A stretch of 64,000 nucleotides of DNA from Verrucomicrobiota bacterium (GCA_039798785.1 JBDKFG010000009.1:27054-91053), one strand, 5' to 3'. Numbered from the stretch's first letter, positions 1 through 9,777 are shown. Made by a program: numbers and translations. The notes: generated by a model not told the origin, from the letters alone.

Positions 1-267
1 GCCGAAGATTTCGCTGAAGTGCGCAGTGGCGACGACACCGATGAGGGCGGGGCCATTGGCGCCGAAGATGTTGGAGAGGATGACCAGGACCGAGATGGTG
101 CGCGGCATGTCATCAGTGACCTCCTTCAGCGCCAGGGAGCGGCGGGTGCCGCGATCAAGGAGCTGGCGGACGCGCGCTTCGGGGATGGAGAGCACCGCTG
201 CCTCGACCAGGGAGCACAATCCTGAAGTCAAGATGACGGCAGCCGAGAGTATAAGGAGGGTGAACAT
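1..267 (-). CDS. CNNM/DUF21 transmembrane protein (CorC/HlyC-like hemolysin family), N-terminal part only; continues off the left edge
   Basis: Not in ORF track. Manual translation from ATG at 267 gives MFTLLILSAAVILTSGLCSLVEAAVLSIPEARVRQL...RTISVLVILSNIFG, matching the DUF21 pattern S-G-x-x-S-x-x-E-x-A...I-L-x-x-N. Frame is open to base 1. Confidence 0.8.
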   Translation of the reverse strand, partial: MFTLLILSAAVILTSGLCSLVEAAVLSIPEARVRQLLDRGTRRSLALKEVTDDMPRTISVLVILSNIFGANGPALIGVVATAHFSEIFG

Positions 268-287
268 GTATGGAGTTGGAGATCAAC

Positions 288-908
288 TCAGGACTTGTCT
301 TCGTCGACGAAGCTTTCCTTGCCTCCGGAGAAGTATTTGTCTTCATCGATGATGATGCCGGAAGGGTTGCGGCCGCGTTCGTCGATGCTGGTCAAGCGGG
401 CGATTTCATTGCTCGAAAGGCCATTGATCGAAAGCCCTTCCGACTGGCCGCCGCTGGCAGGGGGCAGCTTGACGTTGGCTTGGGTGGGAGGGCGGCTGAG
501 CGAGGCGGCGGTCGGGCTGCGAGGCTGGGGCGGCGCGGCTGGCGGCGGTGGCGCAGGAGAGGAAGGCGCGGAAGAGGCGGAGGTCTTCCGGCGGGCCATG
601 AAGATCCCTGCTCCGGCGAGCGCGGCAAGCACCAGGACGCCGATGGCGATCGGCAGGACCGGCACAGCTTCCTCCCCGGCGCCTGAGCTCCCGGTGCTGA
701 CCTGGGTGAGCAGGGGCGGTGCTTCCTCGGCGGCTTCTTCATCGATCACTTTCTTGGGTTTTTTCTTCTCTGCCGGCTTGCTTTCGGCCGGGGCCTGAAG
801 CTTGCGGTCGTCGAGGTAGCCGTTGCCATCGACTGGCACAGAGGAATCCGCGGCGCTGAGCAGCCGCGGCAGAAGACAGGCGAGAGAGAGGAGGACGAGG
901 ATACGCAT
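288..908 (-). CDS. Hypothetical single-pass membrane protein with signal peptide and Pro-rich cytoplasmic tail
   Basis: N-terminal signal-like stretch (MRILVLLSLACLLPRLLSA), TM helix VPVLPIAIGVLVLAALAGAGIFMA followed by RRK, then a Pro/Ser linker. Co-oriented downstream of mglB. Confidence 0.65.
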   Translation of the reverse strand: MRILVLLSLACLLPRLLSAADSSVPVDGNGYLDDRKLQAPAESKPAEKKKPKKVIDEEAAEEAPPLLTQVSTGSSGAGEEAVPVLPIAIGVLVLAALAGAGIFMARRKTSASSAPSSPAPPPPAAPPQPRSPTAASLSRPPTQANVKLPPASGGQSEGLSINGLSSNEIARLTSIDERGRNPSGIIIDEDKYFSGGKESFVDEDKS

Positions 909-979
909 GATTCGGGGATGCTTGTACGGTTGGCTTGGGCTGAGAAGCTAAATCGTCCGGCGGAAAATTCAACCGTTAC

Positions 980-1435
980 TCAGGGCTTGTGAGTCTGGAA
1001 GGTGGCGGTGACGTCACGGGCGACGACGGCGTCGCGGCGGCTGATCTCGTCGAAAAGAGCTTCGAGGTTGCGGCTGGATCGGTCGGCGTACATCTTGACC
1101 AGCCCGGGGCTGGCTTCTTGATTGAAGACGACGAGAAGGACCACGTCGGTGCCGATGGCGTGCATCAGCAGGCCCTTGCCCTTGCCTTGGTGGACGATGG
1201 AATCGAAATCCCTTTCGCCGACGACGCCGGCGAGCTCCCGCGTCGCTGCATAGGAGCCGGCGACCAGGGCGGCGAGGAGCTCCTGTTCGTCGTCGAAGCC
1301 TTCGCCTTCCTTCACCAGGACCGAACCGCCGCGGTCGCAGAGGATGGCGACGGAGGCTTCGGAAAGGTCGAGCAGGCTGAGAAGCTCGGCGGTGAGGATG
1401 TCGCAGTCACGCTGCGTCAGTTCATAGGCCATCAT
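980..1435 (-). CDS. mglB: Roadblock/LC7 domain protein (MglB-like GAP)
   Basis: LCDRGGSVL...LAALVAGSYAATRELA...FDSIVHQG...LLVVFNQEASPGLVK is a typical MglB pattern. Adjacent to mglA. Confidence 0.85.
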   Translation of the reverse strand: MMAYELTQRDCDILTAELLSLLDLSEASVAILCDRGGSVLVKEGEGFDDEQELLAALVAGSYAATRELAGVVGERDFDSIVHQGKGKGLLMHAIGTDVVLLVVFNQEASPGLVKMYADRSSRNLEALFDEISRRDAVVARDVTATFQTHKP

Positions 1436-1451
1436 GAGGGCGGCCTCGCGT

Positions 1452-2054
1452 TCAGGAGTTGTTGCGTTTGTCGAGGAAGTCCTGGAGGACCAGCTTGGCG
1501 ATGGCGTTGAGGCTCTCTATCACCCCGTCGCCCTTGAAGGCGGCGGCCTCGATGGTGGGGTGGCGGATGGGCCCGCGGTTGAGAAGGAAGTCGAGATATT
1601 CAAGAGGCGCGGCATCCGGCAGGTCGCGCTTGTTGTACTGGAGGATCAGGGGCATCTTGGCCAGGGTGTCGTTCTGGTCGCGAAGGTTCTCCTCGAGATT
1701 CTGCAGCGATTCGAGGTTCTCGGGCATCTTGGCCAGGGAGGAGTCGGCGACGAAGACGATGCCGTCGCAGGAGCGGAGGACCAGCTTCCGGGTCGAGTTG
1801 TACTTCACCTGTCCGGGGACGGTGTACATCATGAATTTGGTGGTGAAGCCTTCGATGGCGTCGGTCTTGAGGGGCATGAAGTCGAAGAAGAGGGTGCGGT
1901 CCTGGCTGGTGGCGAGGGAGCTCATCTTGCCCTTCGCCTCCTCGGGAAGGCGGTCGTGGACGATCTGCAAGTTGGTCGTCTTGCCGCACATGCCCGGCCC
2001 GTAGTAGACGATTTTGAACTGGATCTCCTTCTTGGCGTAATTCACCATCGCCAT
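1452..2054 (-). CDS. mglA: MglA-family small Ras-like GTPase
   Basis: KIVYYGPGMCGKTTNL (P-loop), DRTLFFDF, YTVPGQVKYN, DGIVFVADS and QYNKRDLP are all MglA signatures. Confidence 0.95.
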   Translation of the reverse strand: MAMVNYAKKEIQFKIVYYGPGMCGKTTNLQIVHDRLPEEAKGKMSSLATSQDRTLFFDFMPLKTDAIEGFTTKFMMYTVPGQVKYNSTRKLVLRSCDGIVFVADSSLAKMPENLESLQNLEENLRDQNDTLAKMPLILQYNKRDLPDAAPLEYLDFLLNRGPIRHPTIEAAAFKGDGVIESLNAIAKLVLQDFLDKRNNS

Positions 2055-2058
2055 AAGT

Positions 2059-2694
2059 TCATCTCCCGATCGTTGGGGGTTCGGATTTCAAGTGCGGCCT
2101 GCCGGGCGGGCAGCTGAAGAGCTTGAGTTCGGGACAGGACCGTTGAACGGCGTCCAACATAGCGCCGTCCAGGGGATTGATAAGGGCCAGGCACAAAGCT
2201 CCGGCTTCGCGGCAGGAGAAAAGTCCTGGCGCGGTGCGATGCCAGCTCCGTTCCGGAGCCCAGGGAAGCCCCAGAGAAGCGATCAGAGTGCCGTAGCCGT
2301 CGGCATCGCGCTCCCAGGCGCGGCGTAGCCTCGCCTCCCAGGTCTGTCCCGTCATTGCGAGCTCCTCCTCTGGATCAAGGAGGCCATGCTCGAAGAGGCG
2401 GTCGAGAAGACGGGCCGAGTCGCGCCGCGACGGCACGGGCAAGTCGAGCTGGGAGATGGAGTCCGGCGGACGCGGACGCGGCGGCGGGGCGGCAGGCAGG
2501 CGGACCAGGGTCTTGATCCGCTCGCTCGCCGCGACGGCCGGAGGGGAGGCTGGCGGCGGCGGCAAGCTCCCATGGAGATGGCTGCGCAAGGCGAGAACCC
2601 GCGCCCGGGCATGGATGTCTCCCGGCATGCGTTCGAGAATCGATTCATAGAGACGGAGTTCGTCCCAAAGTTTCTGCTCTTCGCCCGGATCCAT
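2059..2694 (-). CDS. Hypothetical protein; possible degenerate MshEN/T2SSE_N (PilB/GspE N-terminal) domain
   Basis: Lies 4 bp upstream of mglA. RLLDRLFEHGLLDPEEE and LCLALINPLDGAMLDAV resemble GspE/PilB N-domain motifs. Confidence 0.55.
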   Translation of the reverse strand: MDPGEEQKLWDELRLYESILERMPGDIHARARVLALRSHLHGSLPPPPASPPAVAASERIKTLVRLPAAPPPRPRPPDSISQLDLPVPSRRDSARLLDRLFEHGLLDPEEELAMTGQTWEARLRRAWERDADGYGTLIASLGLPWAPERSWHRTAPGLFSCREAGALCLALINPLDGAMLDAVQRSCPELKLFSCPPGRPHLKSEPPTIGR

Positions 2695-2845
2695 CGCTGT
2701 ATTCCCGCTTTCTTGTCACCCAGTATACCACGGAAGGGGGGGCGATGACAAGTCTCCCGGCTCTTCAAATCAAACAAAAGATGGCGCCGGGCTGCCCGGC
2801 GCGACGAGCTTGGGCCGGTTCCGTCGCGAAAGCACGGGCGTCGGC

Positions 2846-3592
2846 TTACGGCTCCAGGGCTTCACCGGCTTCACCGGACTCCGGAAGCTCGAGAGCGCCG
2901 CTGAAATTCATCGGATGCTGCTCTCGGATCGAATCGCAATTTTCCTTGCGGACCATCTGGAAATGGCGCCCGCCCTTGAAGGACTCGAAGCACCAGCCGA
3001 GCAGACGGTCATTCTCCAGCGCGACGGTGTCGATCTCAGTCGCCAGGGCTTCGCAGACGAGAAAGCGCGCATCAGAAGGCTCGGCCCAGAATTCCTGGAC
3101 CGCGGACTCCTGATTGCTCGAAGGCAGGCCGCAGAAAGAGACGACGAGCACCTTGCCGGGGTGGCGGCGGAGAATCCCTTTGAGCTCGGAGAGACGGATG
3201 AAAACCGGCTGCGGATGCAGCCTCTCGATGCTGTGGCTTTGCGGACAGCCGGACTTCTCCAGGAAGGCTTGAGCCTGCGCCCGTACGACCGGCTCGCTGT
3301 CGCCGGCATGGAATAGGAATACGGTCTTCTCGAATTCTGCGAGCCGGCCTTTGAAAGCCGTCGCGACGAAATCGCTGCGTTCGACCCGGACTTTGCAGGC
3401 CGCGGCGGCGATCTTGTCCTCGAACTGGCCGTCTTCGTCGCGAAGGACCCCGTACATCGCCGTGCCGACGGCGGCGAGGCCGAAGGCGAGGGCGAGGAGC
3501 GTCAGTCCCGGCTTGGGACGAGCCGATCTCTTGCGTCGGGCCATCACCAAGAAGAGTCCGAGGAGGCAGCCGCAGATGATCAAAGTGCTCAT
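2846..3592 (-). CDS. Hypothetical membrane protein (two N-terminal TM helices)
   Basis: ATG at 3592 overlaps the pilin-like gene stop (ATGA coupling). Two hydrophobic segments precede a soluble domain. Confidence 0.6.
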   Translation of the reverse strand: MSTLIICGCLLGLFLVMARRKRSARPKPGLTLLALAFGLAAVGTAMYGVLRDEDGQFEDKIAAAACKVRVERSDFVATAFKGRLAEFEKTVFLFHAGDSEPVVRAQAQAFLEKSGCPQSHSIERLHPQPVFIRLSELKGILRRHPGKVLVVSFCGLPSSNQESAVQEFWAEPSDARFLVCEALATEIDTVALENDRLLGWCFESFKGGRHFQMVRKENCDSIREQHPMNFSGALELPESGEAGEALEP

Positions 3593-4302
3593 TTGAAGGC
3601 TCCGTTCCATCCGTAGTTGAACATCTGATCCCAGCCGAAGTTGGGCACATAGGGCAGGATGCTGGCCGGATCGGTCTTGTTCCAGTTGCAGCTTCCGTCG
3701 AGGCGAAGCACCATGAAGCCGTCGCGGTGCAGCGGCTTGTACATGCTGTCGACCTGCAGCGGCGTCTCACCGGAATCCGCCACTCTGGCGTTGCGGCCCC
3801 AGCGAGAACCGGGGATCATGCCGACGCTGCCGTTCCAGGCGTAGGAGGATCCCGTCCATTCCGACTTGCCGAAAAGCGACCAGCTCCCCGTGCCGCTCCC
3901 CTCGTAGGTGATTTCCATTCCGGCGTGATAGCCGGAACTCAGCTTCTTCGCCATCGGACAGTAGACCAGCCTGCCGTCGCTCAGATAGCCTTCCTTGTAG
4001 AGCAGACCTTGAGCCATGTAGCCGTCGGAGGCGGCCCAGATGGCGTCGTTGCCCTCCGCCGCGGCGATCGCGCCGTTGGCGCCGAAACCCTTGTTTGGCG
4101 ACGCCCAGGGGAAATTGCCTCGCTGGTTCTGCGCCGAACGCATCGCGCCGAGGTAGATCTGATGCTGATTGTTGCCGCACAGGACCATCTTCGTCTTCTG
4201 CCGGGCCTTGAGCAGCGCCGGATGCAGCATCGATACCAGGATCAGGATGACGACGATGACGCAAAAGAGCTCAATCAGAGTGAAATGGCGGCGGGCGTTC
4301 AT
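3589..4302 (-). CDS. Prepilin-type N-terminal cleavage/methylation protein with C-terminal H-X9-DG motif (PVC/Lentisphaerae type)
   Basis: HFTLIELFCVIVVILILVSMLHPALLKAR...C.NNQHQI at the N-terminus; HRDGFMVLRLDG = H-X9-DG. Confidence 0.9.
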   Translation of the reverse strand: MNARRHFTLIELFCVIVVILILVSMLHPALLKARQKTKMVLCGNNQHQIYLGAMRSAQNQRGNFPWASPNKGFGANGAIAAAEGNDAIWAASDGYMAQGLLYKEGYLSDGRLVYCPMAKKLSSGYHAGMEITYEGSGTGSWSLFGKSEWTGSSYAWNGSVGMIPGSRWGRNARVADSGETPLQVDSMYKPLHRDGFMVLRLDGSCNWNKTDPASILPYVPNFGWDQMFNYGWNGAFK

Positions 4303-4454
4303 CGGTGGTCCTCGGGGCTGGCGTGGAGTTTCTTCACCTGCTAGAACTCAGACGAACCAAGCGCCGTTGCATGAAAATCCGGATTTTTCGAAAATAAATT
4401 TTCGCGGACTTGTGCCCTGCGCTTCTCCCGGCCTAGAATGGTGGCGAGGGGGGC

Positions 4455-6512
4455 ATGCGCATGGAATTGCCGAAACAGCTGCAGGGGGTTTTTGAAGCTG
4501 CGATGACGGCGCGGGACGGCGACGGCGAAGCTGCCGGGCTGGATCGCCTCGAGGATGGCTGGCCCTACAGCCTGGACGAGCTCATCGACCAGGGCGGGAT
4601 GAAGCGGATTTTCAAGTCACTCGACCGCCGCAGCGGCCGCTGGGTGGCGAGGGCCGAGATGATCCGTCCGGAGCGGGATGCTCTTCGCTTTCTCCGCGAG
4701 GCCCGCCTCACCGCGCAACTCGAGCATCCCAACATCATGCCGATCTACGAGATCGGCCTCACCCCCGGCGGCGCCCCCTATTTTACCATGAAGCTGTGCG
4801 ATGGACGCAGCCTCGAGGACATCCTGAAGGAGCTCCGCGGCGGCGGCGATCCGGCCGCCTTCCCGCTTGAGAAGAGGCTCGAGATCTTCATCCGTGTCCT
4901 CGACGGCGTCGCTTCGGCCCACCAGGCGGGCGTCATCCATCTCGACCTCAAACCCGCCAACATCCAGGTCAGCCTGCACGGCGACGTCCTGGTGTGCGAC
5001 TGGGGCCTGGCTCGGGTCCTCGACGAGATCTGTGAAGATCCCGGCCTGCTTGAACATTCGATCGACAGCGAGGAGCTGCGGACCCTGACCTCCCACGGCT
5101 TCATCAAAGGCAGTCCGGGCTACATGTCGCCGGAGCAGGCCGGCGGCCCGCAGGTCCCGAAGGACCAGCGCAGCGATATCTTCTCCCTCGGCGCGATCCT
5201 TCACGCGCTGCTCTGCTTCCATCCGCCCTTCGAGGGAAGCGCCGAGGAGATCATACGCGCCACCCGTGCCGCAAGGATTCTCCCACTCGGCCGCTATCGG
5301 CCTGGGCTCACCATTCCCGCCAGTCTCGAGGCGGTCTGCCTCAAGGCGATGGCACTCGATCCCGCCGAACGCTACGCCAGCGTCGACCAGATGCGCCAGG
5401 AGATCGATGCCTACCGCCACGGCTTCGCCACCGAGGCCGAGCAGGCTTCGCCTCTGAAGCTGCTGCTTCTGGCGGTGCGGCGCCACCAGGTCGAAAGCCT
5501 GCTTCTGGTCACCTGCCTGGCTGTGGTCGCGGTGAGCGTCCAGGGCCATATCAGCAAACTCCGCGACAAGGAGGCGGAAACCCGCGCCGCCCTGGCCCGT
5601 GCAGTGGCCAGCGAAAGCCGCCTCCAGAGCGAGGTCGAACGCAACCGTCTGCTCGGCAGGGAATCGGCGCCCCGCCACCTGAAGAAGGCCCTCGATGCCG
5701 AACTCGCCTATGACTTCAAGACCGCCAGGGACTTCGCCAACATGGCGGTCGACCTCGACCCGGAGTTGACCCAGGCCTGGGGGACCAAGGGACTGATGCA
5801 CTTCGTCAACCAGGAGTTTTCCGCCTCCGCCGAGGCCTACAGGCACTTCGGCGGCAAGCATACCTACATGGAGGAATGGGCTCGGGAATTCGCCGCTTAC
5901 AAGCCCGACAAGCAGGCGTTCCTTCCCGCCGACAAGTGGCTGGATCTCTACATGCGCCTGAAGGCCCGGAACAATTATGTCGCCGACCGCCTCCTCCATT
6001 GCTTCCTCCACGCCCAGCCCAGCCCCCCTCTGCCCCTCCGAGTGAGTATTGTCGAGTCCGTCACCCGCTCCTGGAACCCTGGCAGCTCCTTCCGTTGCGA
6101 GTTCGACGGGGTCGAGCTCAAGATCGCCGACAGGAAGAACGTCTCATGGCTCTACGCCTTGCAAGGCTTCCCGGCGAAGAAGCTCGACCTTAGCGGCTCC
6201 CAGATCGAACACCTCAACTCCTTGCGGGGCATGCCGCTCGAAGAGCTCGACCTGAGCCGTACTCGGCCCCACGACCTCTCTCCCTTGGCTAAACTCCCGC
6301 TGACCCGCCTGAATCTCTCCGGATGCAAGATCCTCTCCCTCGCTCCGCTGCAACAGCTGCCTCTCCGTGAACTCGATCTCCGCAATTGCCGCGACCTGAA
6401 ATTGGATCAGCTCGCCGGCTGCCGGTACCTCCGCCGCGTCCACCTCAGCCGCGGCCAAGACTTCGAGACGGTCAAGAACTTGCTGCCCGGAGTGGAATGG
6501 CTGCTGCAATGA
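4455..6512 (+). CDS. Hanks-type Ser/Thr protein kinase with TM helix, TPR-like region and C-terminal leucine-rich repeats
   Basis: LEHPNIMPIY, HLDLKPANI, DWGLA, GSPGYMSPEQ and SDIFSLG; TM LLLVTCLAVVAVSV; LRRs such as LEELDLSRT...LSPL..LPLTRLNLSG. Confidence 0.92.
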   Translation: MRMELPKQLQGVFEAAMTARDGDGEAAGLDRLEDGWPYSLDELIDQGGMKRIFKSLDRRSGRWVARAEMIRPERDALRFLREARLTAQLEHPNIMPIYEIGLTPGGAPYFTMKLCDGRSLEDILKELRGGGDPAAFPLEKRLEIFIRVLDGVASAHQAGVIHLDLKPANIQVSLHGDVLVCDWGLARVLDEICEDPGLLEHSIDSEELRTLTSHGFIKGSPGYMSPEQAGGPQVPKDQRSDIFSLGAILHALLCFHPPFEGSAEEIIRATRAARILPLGRYRPGLTIPASLEAVCLKAMALDPAERYASVDQMRQEIDAYRHGFATEAEQASPLKLLLLAVRRHQVESLLLVTCLAVVAVSVQGHISKLRDKEAETRAALARAVASESRLQSEVERNRLLGRESAPRHLKKALDAELAYDFKTARDFANMAVDLDPELTQAWGTKGLMHFVNQEFSASAEAYRHFGGKHTYMEEWAREFAAYKPDKQAFLPADKWLDLYMRLKARNNYVADRLLHCFLHAQPSPPLPLRVSIVESVTRSWNPGSSFRCEFDGVELKIADRKNVSWLYALQGFPAKKLDLSGSQIEHLNSLRGMPLEELDLSRTRPHDLSPLAKLPLTRLNLSGCKILSLAPLQQLPLRELDLRNCRDLKLDQLAGCRYLRRVHLSRGQDFETVKNLLPGVEWLLQ

Positions 6513-6586
6513 TGGATTTCCCTAAAGCTTGGAACAAAATCCCATTCTTTACCGTCGGAATGCGACAGCCCGCAAGGAACCCAGAC

Positions 6587-8539
6587 ATGAAAGTCCTCAC
6601 GATCCAGTCCGCCGCCTTCGCATTTTGCCTCGCCTCCTGCGTCGCCGGTCCATCGGTGCCGCCGCCCGCCCCCTTCGGCGCCACCCCGACCCCGGCCCAG
6701 GTCAAGCACGCCGAACGCGCCTTCTACGCCTTCTGCCACTTCACTGTCGACACCTTCACCGGCCGCGAATGGGGAACCGGAGGGGAATCGGAAAGCGTCT
6801 TCAATCCCAGCGCCTTCGACGCCCGCCAGATCGTCCGCAGCATCAAGGCCTCCGGAGCCAAAGGCGTCATCCTCACCTGCAAGCACCACGACGGCTTCTG
6901 CCTCTGGCCCTCGTCCACCACCGAGCACGACATCAGCGCCAGCCCCTACAAGGACGGCAAGGGCGACATCGTCCGGGAATTCGCCGACGCCTGCCAGGCC
7001 GAGGACTTCGAATTCGGCGTCTACGTCTCGCCCTGGGACCGCAACCACAAGACCTACGGCACGCCCGAATATCTCGCCGTCTATCGCAAGCAGATCGAGG
7101 AGCTCTGCAGCCTCTACGGCAAGCTCTTCGAGATCTGGTTCGACGGCGCCAACGGCGGCACCGGCTATTACCAGGGCAAGGTCGGGCCGGTCGAGTCGCA
7201 GGACGTCAAGCACCGCCGCAACGTCGATCGCGGCAGCTATTACGACTGGCCGGGGACCTGGAAGGTCGCCACCGGCCTCCAGCCCGGCATCATCATCTTC
7301 TCCGACATCGGCCCGGGGGTCCGCTGGGTCGGCAACGAGCATGGCCATGCGCCTGATCCCTGTCGCGCCACCATCGACCTCCTGCCCACCGACGGCGTCG
7401 GCCAGATCGACTCGCGCAAGCTCGGCACCGGCCACCTCCACGGCAGCCACTGGGTGCCCGCCGAGGTCGACGTCTCGATCCGCCCCGGCTGGTTCTGGCA
7501 CGAGGACCAGAACGGCCGCGTGCGCAGTCCGCAAAACCTGATGCAGATCTACCTGGACTCGGTCGGCCACGGCGCCACCTTCAACCTCAACGTGCCGCCC
7601 GACCGCCGCGGCCTCGTCCACGAGAACGACGTCGCCAGCCTGCAGCAGTTCGGCGAGCACCTCAGGCAGACCTTCGCCCGCAACCTCGCCCAGGGCGCCA
7701 AGGCGAGTGCCAGCAATGTCCGCGGCCAGGATCCCTTCTACGGACCGCAGAAGCTGCTCGACGCCGACCTGTGGAGCGCCTGGATCACCGATGACGCCGC
7801 CAAGACCGCGGAGGCGGTCTTCGAGCTCGACGGAGCCCAGACCTTCAACCTCATCCGCCTGCGCGAGGACATCCGCCTCGGCCTGCGCGTCGAAGGCCTC
7901 GCCATCGACGCCTTCGAGAACGGCGCATGGAAGGAGATCGCCAAGGCCGAGTCGATCGGCTCCTGCCACCTCTGGCGCGTGCCCAAGACCACCACCGGCA
8001 AGGTCCGCATCCGCGTCACCGCCGCCGGCGCCTGCCCCGCCCTCTCCGACTTCGGCCTCTACCTCGAACCCGAGTTCCCCGCCTGGGTGCCGCCCGTCGG
8101 CGGCGATCCCAAGGCCCTCGCCAAGGCCAAGTGGAAGATCCTCGGCTGCAGCTCCCAGGCCGAAGGCGGCGAGGCGCGGAACGCCATCGACGGCAATGCC
8201 GCCACCCTCTGGCATACCCACGGCAAGGACGGCGAAAGCGGCCTGCCGCAATCGATCAGTGTCGACCTCGGCGAAGTCAAGAAGCTCAAGGGCTTCACCT
8301 GCACTCCTCGGACCGGCGTCCTGCACGGCGTCGTCGACCAGTACCGCTTCGAACTCTCGCTCGACGGCAAGTCCTGGAGCCTCGCCGCCGAGGGCGAATT
8401 CGGCAACCTGCGCGCCAACCCGGTGGAGCAGAGCGTCGGCTTCGCCCCCGCCCAGGCCCGCTACTTCCGCTTCACCGCCAGGCACGCGCTGGAGAAGGAC
8501 CACGCCGCCATCGCCGAGATCGGGGTGATCGAGGACTGA
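6587..8539 (+). CDS. Alpha-L-fucosidase (GH29) lipoprotein with F5/8 type C (CBM32-like) domains
   Basis: ILTCKHHDGFCLWPS, YVSPWDRN, EIWFDGANGG, VRWVGNE and AEVDVSIRPGWF; lipobox LASC; C-terminal AIDGN..T.WHT discoidin domain. Start moved to ATG 6587. Confidence 0.93.
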   Translation: MKVLTIQSAAFAFCLASCVAGPSVPPPAPFGATPTPAQVKHAERAFYAFCHFTVDTFTGREWGTGGESESVFNPSAFDARQIVRSIKASGAKGVILTCKHHDGFCLWPSSTTEHDISASPYKDGKGDIVREFADACQAEDFEFGVYVSPWDRNHKTYGTPEYLAVYRKQIEELCSLYGKLFEIWFDGANGGTGYYQGKVGPVESQDVKHRRNVDRGSYYDWPGTWKVATGLQPGIIIFSDIGPGVRWVGNEHGHAPDPCRATIDLLPTDGVGQIDSRKLGTGHLHGSHWVPAEVDVSIRPGWFWHEDQNGRVRSPQNLMQIYLDSVGHGATFNLNVPPDRRGLVHENDVASLQQFGEHLRQTFARNLAQGAKASASNVRGQDPFYGPQKLLDADLWSAWITDDAAKTAEAVFELDGAQTFNLIRLREDIRLGLRVEGLAIDAFENGAWKEIAKAESIGSCHLWRVPKTTTGKVRIRVTAAGACPALSDFGLYLEPEFPAWVPPVGGDPKALAKAKWKILGCSSQAEGGEARNAIDGNAATLWHTHGKDGESGLPQSISVDLGEVKKLKGFTCTPRTGVLHGVVDQYRFELSLDGKSWSLAAEGEFGNLRANPVEQSVGFAPAQARYFRFTARHALEKDHAAIAEIGVIED

Positions 8540-8679
8540 GATCCTGGCGGCGGACGGCTGGGTGAGGGCGCTTTTCAGACTTGCTTCCGGCTCTCGACAC
8601 GACACGTGGCCGGCGTGAAGGCTGCTGGTTTGGGAAGGAGAGATTCTGCGTGGCACATCTGAAGAAGCGAAGGCGAAAG

Positions 8680-9693
8680 TCAGTCCGCAGGATCCGCGTT
8701 GTACGAAAGAGGCTCCCATTCGCCCGTTCCGAGGATGAGGGAGATCAGAGACCCGAGGGATGTGCCGCAGACCTCGAGGCAGGCCGCGGCGCCGCCGTCA
8801 TGCCATTTTGCAGTGCTTGCAAAGGCCTCGAAGCGGCGGCGATCGCCGCCGAGAAAACTGAGCAGGCGTTCGAGGAGGAGGTGGGCGAGGAAATAGGAGG
8901 CGGACATCAGATCCTGGTCTTCCTGCCAGCTCCGGCCGGACCAGAAATCCTGGATGCTCCGCTCGTTCCACAAGGAGAGATGTTGGCGCAGCTCGTCGGC
9001 GCCGTCGACCAGGTGGAGGGAGCGGCTGCCGAAGCGTCTTTCCACCGCCATCGCCAGGGCTTCGTCGAGCCAGAGCGGCAGCTGGCGGTGATGAAGGAGT
9101 AGGTGGGCGAGTTCATGGATCAGAGTTGCTTCGGCGCTGCCCTGGTAACTGCCGTTGATCAGGATGTGGGGGTTGCGACCGCCGCAGAACATCCCGCCGG
9201 AGAGGAGTGGATGGCCGTTCTCGAAGGATTCGACGTAGCGGTAGTAGAGCTCGTGATCGGTGAAGAGGAGGACGACGATGAAGCCGCAGCCTTGGGGCTT
9301 GAAGAGGCTCGGGAAGTCGTGGTTCATCTCGCCGATGATTTTGGCGGCCAGGTCCATCAGGAGGCGGCGTTTGCCGTCGTTTTCCGTCGGCGGCGCCGCG
9401 AGGAGGAACCAGCATTCGGGCTGGTGCGACAGGGTCCAGGACTCGCCGAAAACAGGGAGAAGGGCTTCCAGCCACTGCAATTGCGCCGTCTGGAAGATCA
9501 GCTCCCGCTTGCGTTCATCGGATTCTGCTTCCGCCAGGGGCCAGAGGCCGTGGAGATCGAGATGGGGAAAACCGCCGCGGAGGCTCAGCGACACCTCGGG
9601 CATGGGAATGCCTTCGCGCTGGCAAAGATCGGCAGCCCGCGGCGCTAGGCAGATCGGGCTTTTGACGAACAGGCTGCGGAGGAAGGAGAGCAT
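8680..9693 (-). CDS. Putative zinc metallopeptidase (gluzincin / peptidase MA-like)
   Basis: LIHELAH (HExxH) followed by PLWLDEALA, giving the third-ligand Glu. Confidence 0.65.
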   Translation of the reverse strand: MLSFLRSLFVKSPICLAPRAADLCQREGIPMPEVSLSLRGGFPHLDLHGLWPLAEAESDERKRELIFQTAQLQWLEALLPVFGESWTLSHQPECWFLLAAPPTENDGKRRLLMDLAAKIIGEMNHDFPSLFKPQGCGFIVVLLFTDHELYYRYVESFENGHPLLSGGMFCGGRNPHILINGSYQGSAEATLIHELAHLLLHHRQLPLWLDEALAMAVERRFGSRSLHLVDGADELRQHLSLWNERSIQDFWSGRSWQEDQDLMSASYFLAHLLLERLLSFLGGDRRRFEAFASTAKWHDGGAAACLEVCGTSLGSLISLILGTGEWEPLSYNADPAD

Positions 9694-9777
9694 GGCAGGG
9701 ATTTGTGGGTTTGGCGTTTACGGAAAAATCTCTTCAGTCACTTCCGAGTCATCCGTGTTTTCCGTCGTCGCGAAAGC

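Noticed and set aside
6407..8719. 770-aa minus ORF over the fucosidase, and similar long ORFs opposite folC, ppx, ppk1 and the M50 gene
   Set aside because: They fully overlap well-supported genes on the other strand, a common high-GC artefact.
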